NCBI GenBank assembly: GCA_039588295.1
Contig: JBDHAB010000002.1
Span: 128,001 to 192,000 of the forward strand
Direction of reading: 5' to 3'
DNA: 64,000 nucleotides
Source of the DNA: Gemmatimonadota bacterium
GTDB taxonomy: Bacteria; Gemmatimonadota; Gemmatimonadetes; Gemmatimonadales; GWC2-71-9
The position numbers and the translations under genes are program-made. This document shows, piece by piece, positions 39,914-48,760 of this stretch (positions are counted from its first letter, which is position 1; each line of letters begins with the position of its first letter). The notes beneath the pieces were generated by a model. The model was not told the origin of the DNA. It saw nothing but the letters and a program-made list of their open reading frames with translations, and made no database searches.

Positions 39914-40291
39914 CTACAGCGCACTTCCCAGGATCAGGGCCGCAGCGACGGCCGTCTTGATCACCGGGCAGATCTTGAAGTGCACGATAGCCGTGCGGCC
40001 GCCGGTCACTGCCGTCCAGCCCGCGAGCAGCACCAGCATGAGGGCAACGGCACGGTAGATGAGGATCGCGCCCGGTGCGGTGCGGCTGAGCAACAAGGTT
40101 GCCAGTAGACTCAGAACGCCGAGGAACATGAGCGTCATACCCTCGGCGACCCATTCCATCGTGAGGACACGCCGGTTATCCACACCCAGTGGCTCAAACC
40201 CGTTGACAACCGACCGTGTCGGCACGATGTGCGCGAGACCCCAGAGAAGAATGGTGACGGAGCCGGCGTAGAGAAGGATCGTGGCGGTCAT
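39914..40291 (-). CDS. Four-TM membrane protein
   Basis: Hydrophobic segments; MEWVAEG motif. Confidence 0.7.
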   Translation of the reverse strand: MTATILLYAGSVTILLWGLAHIVPTRSVVNGFEPLGVDNRRVLTMEWVAEGMTLMFLGVLSLLATLLLSRTAPGAILIYRAVALMLVLLAGWTAVTGGRTAIVHFKICPVIKTAVAAALILGSAL

Positions 40292-40343
40292 GAGCGGCCC
40301 TCCGGCGACGCGTACGCAGAAGCGCTTCGGGTGTCGGCTTCGG

Positions 40344-40562
40344 CTAGCGCTTCTTCTTCGTCTTCCGCTTCACGGTCTTGCGCTTGGCAACCTTGCGCCG
40401 TTTGGCCTTCTTCTTCACCACGCGTTTCTTGACGGCCTTCTTGCGCTTCTTGGCTGCCTTCTTACGCTTTCTCTCCGCACCGGGCTGATGGTGCTCGCAG
40501 AAGTTGCTGTCCTGGATCGCATCCCAGGGGCACTTGCGCTTCATACACTTGACAGAGCTCAT
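40344..40562 (-). CDS. Small Cys/His-motif protein with a Lys/Arg-rich histone-H1-like tail (72 aa)
   Basis: C-x4-C-x10-C-x2-H then a KKAAKKRKKAVKK... tail; ATG overlaps the upstream TGA. Confidence 0.7.
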   Translation of the reverse strand: MSSVKCMKRKCPWDAIQDSNFCEHHQPGAERKRKKAAKKRKKAVKKRVVKKKAKRRKVAKRKTVKRKTKKKR

Positions 40563-41113
40563 CAGGAGACCTGCGTAAGCATGGGGGTGACGATATTGAG
40601 CACCACCAACACCGAGACAATCACCATTGCGATGAGGAGCACGAACTGCGCCCACGACACAAGATCCGCCTTCGCCTTATTCACACCGTGGGCGTGCAGG
40701 TTGGCGTTCCGCCACATGGTGAGCTGATCACCCACGAACCGGGGCACGCGCTCGTCCAGCTCCTCCGTGTCCGTGACTTGCAGGAGGGCCCTGATCTGGC
40801 CATCGATCTGTTGACCAAGTGGCGGTCCCACAACCTCGCGAATTCGGAGCGCGAACACTGACAGGATGACGGCGGCAACCAGAAGTAGCACGCCGGTCAC
40901 GAGCAGAAGTTTCTCGGACGTCCCGGGGGCAGACGTAACGAGATTGCGAACAAACGCAAACACGGCCGCCAAGAAGATCCCGGCGACCGCCACGGTGCCC
41001 TGCGCCTTGCTGTCGATATGGCGCCAGGTGTCGGACAGATCGCGGTATTCGTCACGATAGCTCTGCAGAGCGTCGGTGAGCAGCCGATCTCGGGACGAAC
41101 CCCGGTCGTTCAT
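40562..41113 (-). CDS. Three-TM protein resembling the Pycsar effector (DUF5706/PycTM-like)
   Basis: DSKA before TM1, TM2 ending S..AL, long soluble helix, N..K before TM3. Confidence 0.6.
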   Translation of the reverse strand: MNDRGSSRDRLLTDALQSYRDEYRDLSDTWRHIDSKAQGTVAVAGIFLAAVFAFVRNLVTSAPGTSEKLLLVTGVLLLVAAVILSVFALRIREVVGPPLGQQIDGQIRALLQVTDTEELDERVPRFVGDQLTMWRNANLHAHGVNKAKADLVSWAQFVLLIAMVIVSVLVVLNIVTPMLTQVS

Positions 41114-41208
41114 CTCTTCCTCGCGGGCCCGAGGGTCAGAGGAGAAGCACCTTGCAGCACATAAGCTGCTCCTTGCAGTCCGTTATCCGCAAGAGTCGAT
41201 GCGTTGTT

Positions 41209-41772
41209 CTACTGGATCCTCAGCTTCGCCCGGAAGTCACCAGATACGTCGACCCGACGAAAGACGTCCTGGGTCATCGAGACGTATGACAGGCGCACGG
41301 CGGAAAACGAGCCCTCGACGTACCCGTCCTCCATATTCGCGATCCGGAGTCGCAAACTCGACTCGACGTCCTGGTGCACGCCAACGTCGTCCGTCAGGCT
41401 GAGTTGCATGGCAACACCAAGCTCGGGATCGTTGACATCGCTGAGGTCCATGTCGCGTTCCACCAGATCGTACACGCTTGCCAGCTCCATTCTCCACTGA
41501 ATGGCCCCACTCGGAACGGCGGTGACGATATTCACCTTGGCTGGATCCTGACCCAACGCCAAGAAGTACCGGTTTGCGTCGGGGAGTCGCATGGCCACAA
41601 ACTCGACGTGCTCGAACTCGTAGCTTCGACCGTCGACGGCGAAGCGCACATACGTGTCGTTCCCCAGCTCCGCGCAGCCCAGCGCAATCGCTGTGAAGCA
41701 CCAGACTGCAGATGTACGAAGGCGAACATCAGCCGCTGAGACCCCACCGACACATAATGTCTTCAAGCGCAC
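41209..41772 (-). CDS. Hypothetical lipoprotein
   Basis: GTG after GAGGAGG; IALGC lipobox. Confidence 0.6.
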   Translation of the reverse strand: MRLKTLCVGGVSAADVRLRTSAVWCFTAIALGCAELGNDTYVRFAVDGRSYEFEHVEFVAMRLPDANRYFLALGQDPAKVNIVTAVPSGAIQWRMELASVYDLVERDMDLSDVNDPELGVAMQLSLTDDVGVHQDVESSLRLRIANMEDGYVEGSFSAVRLSYVSMTQDVFRRVDVSGDFRAKLRIQ

Positions 41773-41887
41773 AGGAACCTCCTCGCGATTGCTACGTGAC
41801 CCTCGGTTCAGACGCATGGGATCCGCAGAGATTCCTTCCGGATGAGCAGGCGGCGGCCGGTCGCGAGGCGTACGAGCAGATCGAGCA

Positions 41888-42280
41888 TCAGCGTGTTGGA
41901 GGCACCGAGACTTTGGGAAGCGCCGCGGCTGCGACGAGCGTCAGGCCGCCCACCGCGAGAAGGATCGCCGTGGGGGGGATGAACCCGAGGAACCACAGTT
42001 GGAGCCCGGCGGCTCCAAACGGACAAAATGCGGCGATGACGAGGATCAGTCGTCCCGGAGCGGTAGGCCGGAACGCCACAACGAGAACAATCAGGCCGAC
42101 TACGGCCAAATTGAAGGCAAACACGAGCCACAGGGCGGGCACGACTTGCTGGAGATCGGCCTGCGACTGTGCCGCCAACCCAGTGACGGAGCCGTAGCCC
42201 GTGGTATGCAGCGCCGCTGTGGCCAGGAAGCTGGCGCCCGCGACCGCAGTGAGGAGTGTTCCGATCTGGCGACGGTTCAT
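41888..42280 (-). CDS. Four-TM membrane protein
   Basis: Hydrophobic segments; RBS GAGGG. Confidence 0.7.
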   Translation of the reverse strand: MNRRQIGTLLTAVAGASFLATAALHTTGYGSVTGLAAQSQADLQQVVPALWLVFAFNLAVVGLIVLVVAFRPTAPGRLILVIAAFCPFGAAGLQLWFLGFIPPTAILLAVGGLTLVAAAALPKVSVPPTR

Positions 42281-42321
42281 GGTATTCCCTCTTCGCGTCG
42301 CGGTCGACACGCGCGGGTGTG

Positions 42322-42350
42322 GTCCAACGGCAGCCCATACACTGCGGGGG
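42322..42350 (-). repeat. attC-like right half-site (degenerate)
   Basis: Minus strand CCCCCGCAGTGTATGGGCTGCC-GTTGGAC; exact GTTRRRY about 40 nt upstream of an ATG. Confidence 0.5.
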
Positions 42351-42425
42351 TAACTGTTCTGCGCGCAAGGCGGGGTGTGGTTCCGCGATACGCGTGTGGG
42401 CGATGCGATGAACTCTCTGTGCGGA

Positions 42426-42932
42426 CTACTCCTGCTGCGGAACGGGATCGTTCCAGATGTAGCGGGCGATCTTCCACGCGCCCTCAGGCTGCCGGCGCAC
42501 GATCATGAGGTAGTTCCCAGCATTGGAGAGAGTTTGCATGACGCCGTCGCTCTCGAACGAAAACGTCAGGGATATGGTACCGCGAGCGTAAGCCAAGTCC
42601 CCGCTTCCCGAGATCTCCACGGGTTCCATGGTGAACGCCGTCACGCGGGCCGGTGGGACATCCGGCGGCCAGAACTGGCGCCGAATGGCATCGAGTCCCT
42701 CAACGACCGGAGCGCCGTGGTGCGGCATGAGCACCGCGTCGTCCGTGAAGGTCGCCAGGACGGAGGCGGAATCGTCCGCAAGCCACGCACCGGTGTACGC
42801 CTCGCTCAGCTCCCGAATGGCTGCGATATCCCCCGAAGACAGCGGAGCGTCTTCGGTTTCGTCTTCGGCGCATGCGACAACGGCGGCCAAGAGAGCGACG
42901 CCGGTCAGCGTTCGACTTGGAAGCAATCGCAT
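42426..42932 (-). CDS. NTF2/SnoaL-like (DUF4440/YybH) lipoprotein
   Basis: FTDDAVLMP, SGDLAY, RRQPEGAWKI; VVAC lipobox. Confidence 0.85.
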   Translation of the reverse strand: MRLLPSRTLTGVALLAAVVACAEDETEDAPLSSGDIAAIRELSEAYTGAWLADDSASVLATFTDDAVLMPHHGAPVVEGLDAIRRQFWPPDVPPARVTAFTMEPVEISGSGDLAYARGTISLTFSFESDGVMQTLSNAGNYLMIVRRQPEGAWKIARYIWNDPVPQQE

Positions 42933-42988
42933 CAGTGTCTCTCCCGTGCCATGTGACCGTCAGCGTTAGCGAACTCCATACGGTACTG

Positions 42989-43591
42989 CTACCCGGGCGG
43001 CAGCACAACGTCGTTCGCGTGATGCGCTGCCAATGCCCGCGCGTAGCTGCGGATCAGCTCGCCCTTTGGTGTCGATCGGTCGGCACCCCACACGGTGCCC
43101 GGGAAATCCAATGTGCGCTGAATCGCCCAGATGGCGGCGTGCTCACCGGGTGGGAACAGCTGTGCCGGGCTGCCGACGGCGACCCATCCGATCGGGACCG
43201 TAGTGTCCGACGGCACAGTGGTGTTGACGTGAACGACGGCGTTGATCCGGACCTCTGCTTCTGTCCCAATGCTGGCGCCGTTGAACACCGTGACGCCCGT
43301 CGCGAGGAACACGTCGTCTGCCACCGAGCAGCCGCTGAGGTAGGCATGGGGCCCGACCAACACCCGCGCTCCCAGGACCGCAGAGTGCTTCGGCGTTCCG
43401 CGCACCACGGCATGTTCCATGATCACGCAATCCGGGCCTACTACCACTGGACCGCCGTCAGCCGTGATCACAGCCCCGAACAGCACGCTGGAATTGGGCC
43501 CGACGGTAACATCCCCGCTGAGCGCCGCGTTGGGGGCGACATAGGCCGACTCGTCAACTCGGGGGCTGGCTCCGCGATGCTCGATGAGCAC
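42989..43591 (-). CDS. Gamma carbonic anhydrase-like left-handed beta-helix protein
   Basis: PRVDESAYVAP..GDV, hexapeptide repeats. Confidence 0.85.
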   Translation of the reverse strand: MLIEHRGASPRVDESAYVAPNAALSGDVTVGPNSSVLFGAVITADGGPVVVGPDCVIMEHAVVRGTPKHSAVLGARVLVGPHAYLSGCSVADDVFLATGVTVFNGASIGTEAEVRINAVVHVNTTVPSDTTVPIGWVAVGSPAQLFPPGEHAAIWAIQRTLDFPGTVWGADRSTPKGELIRSYARALAAHHANDVVLPPG

Positions 43592-43634
43592 GGATCACTC
43601 CTTGAATCGAAGACCTATGGGTTGACTCCGGATC

Positions 43635-44108
43635 TCAGCGACCTCGTGCGATTGCGTTCACCTGTTTCGTGTGGTGCCCGTAATCTCCGATGAGATCGTC
43701 GATGGTGCTCCGAATGGTTATGACTTCGCCCTGGTGCCTCACACCGTAGTCACGATTCCACTCATCGGGGTCCAGCGACTGTAGAAAAAGCGTCAATTCC
43801 CGAGTAGAGGCCTCGAGCTCGACAAGCAACGCTTCCCGATTCCTGGACGGGTATTCTCGGACGAGAACCGCGTTCACCGTGCTGTAGTTCTCCCCGGGAT
43901 CGACATCGTAGAACGGGAGTCTTCTCTGCCGTATCTGCCGGCTTCCCTCTATGACGTATCGGTTCCAGCCGATCAGATGCGCCACCATGTCCCTCGGTGA
44001 CCAGCCGTTGAGCCTCGCAAGGAAGCATTCGTCACTCAGTGAGGTCATGCTCCGTGCAAGCGCCGCAACCGCCGCCTGGAGTCGGGCGGTCTGCCTTTCG
44101 ATTGTCAC
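43635..44108 (-). CDS. DinB/ClbS-like four-helix bundle protein
   Basis: GWSPRDMVAHLIGW, C-terminal YGHH. Confidence 0.8.
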   Translation of the reverse strand: MTIERQTARLQAAVAALARSMTSLSDECFLARLNGWSPRDMVAHLIGWNRYVIEGSRQIRQRRLPFYDVDPGENYSTVNAVLVREYPSRNREALLVELEASTRELTLFLQSLDPDEWNRDYGVRHQGEVITIRSTIDDLIGDYGHHTKQVNAIARGR

Positions 44109-44128
44109 GACACCTTCTCCCTGACGAT

Positions 44129-44977
44129 CTAGTGACGTCGGCTCCAGCCACGGGAGTGCTTCACGTGCTTCGGCGCGTCGAACTTCGTGCGGCTCAACAC
44201 CTCATCCAAGTCCTCGACCTCGAGGAACGGACCGTAGTTGAGGTAATCCGTGCCCGATGGGACGGTGAGGGTGCCGTCGGGGAAGATCATGACGTATAGA
44301 CGGTCGAGCGTCTCGTGGGTGAGCCAGTTGATGGGAAATGCATGAAATGACGTCTCCACCAGCCGACGCAGCGTGTCGAAATCCGCGTCGGACACCACCA
44401 AGGTGTCCCACTCGACTTCGCTCATCGCCCGTGGGAACGCTTGGAACAGGTTGTAGAACAAACGGTTGGGGATATGCTCGGCACGCTCATCCAACAAACG
44501 CACAATCGCGGGCACATCTCGCAGGTTATGCAGCGTCACGGGAGTGGCGATCTTCACGTCGATCGCGGGGAAGTCGGCCAAGATGTCCAGGTCCTGCATG
44601 ACGCGCGTGAAATGTCCTTCCTTCTTGGTACGGCGCGAGACGGGTTCCGATGCGCCGTCCAGCGGCAGAGAGATCAGGTCGATCGACGCGCCATATTCGA
44701 CCAGGAACTCACGCGTCAGCTCGTCACCGGTCGTCGAGATCGCGACCTCCAGACCCACTTCTTTTGCCACTTCCACGAGTGATCCGATATCCTTGCGCAG
44801 CAGTGGGTCGCCTCCGGTGAACACCACGCGCCGTGCGCCGACTGCCGCAATCTTGCGCACAATCTCCACAGCAGTCGACGTATCTACGGGGTGCTCGAAC
44901 CCCTGCGGCCCCCAGCAGTAGGTGCACTCCTGATTGCACTCCGCGGTAACGTGGAAATCGATGGTAACGACCGACAC
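44129..44977 (-). CDS. Radical SAM enzyme, viperin-like
   Basis: CNQECTYC, FTGGDP; viperin-like motifs along its whole length including LFQ, VSDADF, YVMIFPDG and FD near the C-terminus. Confidence 0.8.
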   Translation of the reverse strand: MSVVTIDFHVTAECNQECTYCWGPQGFEHPVDTSTAVEIVRKIAAVGARRVVFTGGDPLLRKDIGSLVEVAKEVGLEVAISTTGDELTREFLVEYGASIDLISLPLDGASEPVSRRTKKEGHFTRVMQDLDILADFPAIDVKIATPVTLHNLRDVPAIVRLLDERAEHIPNRLFYNLFQAFPRAMSEVEWDTLVVSDADFDTLRRLVETSFHAFPINWLTHETLDRLYVMIFPDGTLTVPSGTDYLNYGPFLEVEDLDEVLSRTKFDAPKHVKHSRGWSRRH

Positions 44978-44987
44978 CAGATCTCCC

Positions 44988-45341
44988 TCAGGCCCGCTCT
45001 ACTTCCACCGCCTCCATCAGGATCGACCGAATGGTCTCGAGCGGCAGGTCTTCGAGACGCGTGAACCGGATGCACTCCTTACCCATGTCCAACCCACGCA
45101 GGTCATCAGCGTATTTGGCAAACAACCCGGTGTGGATATACAGACACATGTACTTCTTGCGCGAGGCGAACGCGCACAACGGCCCGCCCTTGTACTCATA
45201 CGTCGGCATCCTGTACCGCATTGATTCGACCGCGTCGGGCACGACGTCTTGAATCAGGGCACGCAACACCGCGAGGGCAGCGTGCGTCGCGGGCTCGAGG
45301 CCCTCCAGGTACGCGTCAACTTCGGAATGCAGGGTGATCAT
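44988..45341 (-). CDS. DUF1801 (YdhG-like) protein
   Basis: VDAYL, ESMRYRMPTY, GKECIRF. Confidence 0.88.
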   Translation of the reverse strand: MITLHSEVDAYLEGLEPATHAALAVLRALIQDVVPDAVESMRYRMPTYEYKGGPLCAFASRKKYMCLYIHTGLFAKYADDLRGLDMGKECIRFTRLEDLPLETIRSILMEAVEVERA

Positions 45342-45421
45342 TCGTACGCTCCCGTCAATGGCGCGTTCGGTCCGGCCTCGCACAGGGCGCAGCGGCCAAG
45401 GCGCTCAGATGATCGACTCTG

Positions 45422-46333
45422 CTAAGTGTAAGCCCCTCGGAAACCGAGCCCATGGACTCGAAGAAACGCGCGTTGCGATTCCTTCATCGCCTCCCGTTCG
45501 CCGTACACGGCGACTTGACGCCCCCCCAGCTTCGGCACCCACACGATAAACGGTCCTTCGAACTCCCCCTCGTCGGGCTTTGCTGGCCGCCCTGCCTCTG
45601 GATCGACCACCACCCACTCGTCGTGGTTCACGAACCAGTCGTACGCCTTGTCGGGATACCGTGCGGCGACCTGCCAGAACTCCGGACGGCGGCGCCTGGC
45701 ATAAAGCCAAACGAGAAAAGCAACACCGCCCGTGACGAATGCGATTGGAAACAGCAGCACGGTGCGAAACCCGCGTGATACCGGCGCCGGCGGGTCCGCC
45801 CAAGCTGGGTCAATCAACCGTTCTTGGCGCTCGGCGCAGCGCGCCAGCACCTGAACCTCCGCACCCAGGGCAGCGCCCAGCGCCGGCGCAGAGCCGAGTA
45901 CCACTTCGAGCGTGTCACCAACGTGACACAGCCTGCTGATGGTCTCGTCAGGTTGCCAGCTCCAATAGAGCATCTCCACCCGCAGTCGACGCTCCGACAG
46001 CAACTCAACATCCGCCCAGATATGTGATGTGTCACGGTGAGCGAACGCCCACGCCGAGTCAGCGCGGACGCTCTTGGGGAGAACGCGGACCAAAGCGTCG
46101 AGATAGATGGTCTCGACATCGGTGCGAGTGAAGGGTATCTGCGCGGCTTCCGTCTGAAACTGAATGGCGACCGGAAGCGCTTCGGTCAGACTATCACACA
46201 CCTCCGCGGTATCGACCCCGCGCGAAGGAGTGGCGCAGTGCGCAACGGCACGTCGTGGCTCCTGCGCCGCGAGGGTGGCGAGCCCGATGACGGCAAGGAG
46301 CGCGAGCAAGGCCACGAGCGTGGGAGTCAACAC
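45422..46333 (-). CDS. Hypothetical single-pass membrane protein
   Basis: Signal-like N-terminus, extracellular domain, TM, cytoplasmic domain; start uncertain. Confidence 0.55.
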   Translation of the reverse strand: MLTPTLVALLALLAVIGLATLAAQEPRRAVAHCATPSRGVDTAEVCDSLTEALPVAIQFQTEAAQIPFTRTDVETIYLDALVRVLPKSVRADSAWAFAHRDTSHIWADVELLSERRLRVEMLYWSWQPDETISRLCHVGDTLEVVLGSAPALGAALGAEVQVLARCAERQERLIDPAWADPPAPVSRGFRTVLLFPIAFVTGGVAFLVWLYARRRRPEFWQVAARYPDKAYDWFVNHDEWVVVDPEAGRPAKPDEGEFEGPFIVWVPKLGGRQVAVYGEREAMKESQRAFLRVHGLGFRGAYT

Positions 46334-46368
46334 GCCGCGATCCGCCGCCAGAGACCTCAGAGCTTCGG

Positions 46369-46848
46369 TCAACGCGCGCGTTGATACGTTCCGACGAGCT
46401 GGGTGCTCGCGAGAATGTGACCGGTCATCGCTTGCTCGACGGCGGCCTTGGTGGGCTTCCGTGGATCCGGAAGCTCCACGTCCAGCGCGTACAACTTGTG
46501 GAAGTAGCGGTGACGGCCAATTGGCGGACACGGCCCACCGTAATCCGACCGATTCCAATCGTTGAGCCCCGGTTTGGCTCCAGGCGGCAAGTCCGCTCCC
46601 GACACCCGCGGCGGCAGGTGCGTCACCGACGGAGGCAAATTGTAGAGAACCCAGTGGACCCAGGTCATCTTCGGGGCCGCCGGATCCGGGGCATCGGGAT
46701 CGTCCACGATGAGCACCAGGCTTTGCGTTCCCGGCGGCAACCCATCCCACTCCAGCGGCGGCGAGGCATCCTCTCCATCACAGGTATACCCGCTGGGAAT
46801 CTCCTGCCCGTCGGCAAAAGCCGGGGACGTCAACGTGAGTTCCATCAT
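46369..46848 (-). CDS. YbhB/YbcL Raf-kinase-inhibitor-like (PEBP) protein
   Basis: DDPDAP, WVHW, GPCPP..HRY. Confidence 0.93.
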   Translation of the reverse strand: MMELTLTSPAFADGQEIPSGYTCDGEDASPPLEWDGLPPGTQSLVLIVDDPDAPDPAAPKMTWVHWVLYNLPPSVTHLPPRVSGADLPPGAKPGLNDWNRSDYGGPCPPIGRHRYFHKLYALDVELPDPRKPTKAAVEQAMTGHILASTQLVGTYQRAR

Positions 46849-46889
46849 CAGTGCCTCCGCTGAAGTCAGGGCGTCGGCCCCGGGGACGA

Positions 46890-47585
46890 CTAGTGGAACT
46901 TAAAGCCGAGTCCGAACACCAGCAGCGTCTCCCGAACGGCAGTGCGCGTCGTCAGCTTGGACCCATCCGTGAACTGAAGGATCGGGCTTCCCACGTCGCC
47001 CTGGTTCCCGTAGTGCAGCCGGATCGCGGGAGCAAACGACATGTCGGCGCCGACCCGCAGGTCGTATCCCGTACCCGCGCTCAGCCCAATGCCGACGCCC
47101 GACTCGGCCGGTCCATCGACCGCGGGGCTCCGGAACGCAGAACGACCGAGCCCCGCTTCCACAAACCAGCCCGCCGAGCGAATGGGGTACACCTGAGCGG
47201 CCACGCCGAGGATAACCGCACCGTCGTTCGTGCCGGGTCGGCGCCACGCGTCGACCGCCATACTGAGTAGCAGCCGCGGCCTCAGTGTGTAGCCGGCGCG
47301 CAGGAACCCAAGGGTGGCGGCAGCGCCTCCCGCGTATTGACAGGATTCGGCTGTCGGCTCTGGCTGCCAGGGACCCCCGGTGCCGCCTGCGCAGGAGAAC
47401 GCCAGCCGACCGTACCCCAGCCCGGCACTCAGCCAGAAGCCCTGTCGTGCATGCCGGACTGGAATGGCTGTGGAATCCTGCGCTGAGAGAGGTGCTGATG
47501 CCCCGGTCATGAGCACCAGGGCCAGCAATGCTGCCTGATGGAGCACGCCACTGATGGAGCGGACGTCTTCTCCGAAATGTCGCAT
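46890..47585 (-). CDS. Outer-membrane beta-barrel protein
   Basis: Signal peptide, GFWLSAGLGYG, C-terminal FGLGFKFH. Confidence 0.7.
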   Translation of the reverse strand: MRHFGEDVRSISGVLHQAALLALVLMTGASAPLSAQDSTAIPVRHARQGFWLSAGLGYGRLAFSCAGGTGGPWQPEPTAESCQYAGGAAATLGFLRAGYTLRPRLLLSMAVDAWRRPGTNDGAVILGVAAQVYPIRSAGWFVEAGLGRSAFRSPAVDGPAESGVGIGLSAGTGYDLRVGADMSFAPAIRLHYGNQGDVGSPILQFTDGSKLTTRTAVRETLLVFGLGFKFH

Positions 47586-47650
47586 CGGTGCGCCACCGTA
47601 CGGTCCACCCCAAAGCTGCGCAAGACTTCCCAGTCGGGCAAGCCAATATG

Positions 47651-48568
47651 CTACTGATTCGCCGACTCGAGCGCAGTCTTGATTTCCTCGATATCCACGT
47701 CCACAACCCACACATCAAAACTGTCGGATCTCGTGCTCGTGAACGCGATCTTGGTCCCATCCGGGGACCATCGGGGCGTATCGTCATACGCCGGATGAAC
47801 CGTGATCTGTATCGGCGTCCCGCCATCCGCCGGCATGATCCACAGATCGCAGTTACGACCCTCGCAGGCGACGAACGCCAACAACGTGCCGTCCGGCGAG
47901 AGGTCCATGTAGCGATAGGGCCGGGCTCTTTCAAACGTAAGCTGCAGAGGTTCCGCTCCGGTCAGCGACACCTTCCATATCGTCGCTGCCGGTGATTCCA
48001 CAGCTCTCACCGTCACATAGATGCTGTTCCCGTCGTGCGACCAACAGCCGGGTATGGGATACGTATTCTCCTGGCTGAAGACGATCTCCGCGTCGCCCGT
48101 TCGAATGTCTAGCACCCACAGGTTCGATCCCTCCTTGAAAGCGATGCGGCTGCCATCCGGCGACCAATTGGGGTTCCCGCCTCGATAGACGGGAATGGAC
48201 TTGGGAACGATACGAATCGGTTGACCGCCGTGAGACGATATGAGCTTGATGCTGTTGCCCGAGTCTGCATCGAACACGATGTAGTGTCCGTCGAGTGACC
48301 AGTTCGGATGCTCTCCAATGAAATGGGTGAACTGCCTGGGCTCACCTCCGTCGGCCGGAACTTTCCACAGACCAGTCATCTCGGCGCTGTCGCGGCTCAC
48401 GAATGAGTACACGATGGTCTCTCCGTCGGGGGACCACGCGGGAAACCCCTCCTGCGCCGGATGAGAAGTGACTTGGTGCACCGGGTACTGCGCTTGAGTT
48501 TCGAGTACGGGAGCGCAGAGGGAAACAATGAAGAGCAGCGCTGCGACGAAGAGTTCATTGGTGTGCAT
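47651..48568 (-). CDS. TolB-like PD40 beta-propeller protein
   Basis: Repeated PxWSPDG motifs; signal peptide. Confidence 0.9.
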   Translation of the reverse strand: MHTNELFVAALLFIVSLCAPVLETQAQYPVHQVTSHPAQEGFPAWSPDGETIVYSFVSRDSAEMTGLWKVPADGGEPRQFTHFIGEHPNWSLDGHYIVFDADSGNSIKLISSHGGQPIRIVPKSIPVYRGGNPNWSPDGSRIAFKEGSNLWVLDIRTGDAEIVFSQENTYPIPGCWSHDGNSIYVTVRAVESPAATIWKVSLTGAEPLQLTFERARPYRYMDLSPDGTLLAFVACEGRNCDLWIMPADGGTPIQITVHPAYDDTPRWSPDGTKIAFTSTRSDSFDVWVVDVDIEEIKTALESANQ

Positions 48569-48760
48569 GGGGACTCCTCCTGTAACACCATAACGTTACC
48601 GTTCCTTCGTCGGTGACGTCCAGCGAGCGCCCGAACGCGGAGCCAGTGGCAATCCTTGCCACGGTTCACATTCGGGTCCAAGTTCGTAGAAGAACGTCAA
48701 TGCAGGAGAAGCGTGCGGCAGGGCCGATGGCTAGAGTAATCCACGGATGAGGCAATCCGA

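Noticed and set aside
44129..44977. moaA, suggested by the Moco genes in the window
   Set aside because: No C-terminal Cx2Cx13C cluster or terminal GG
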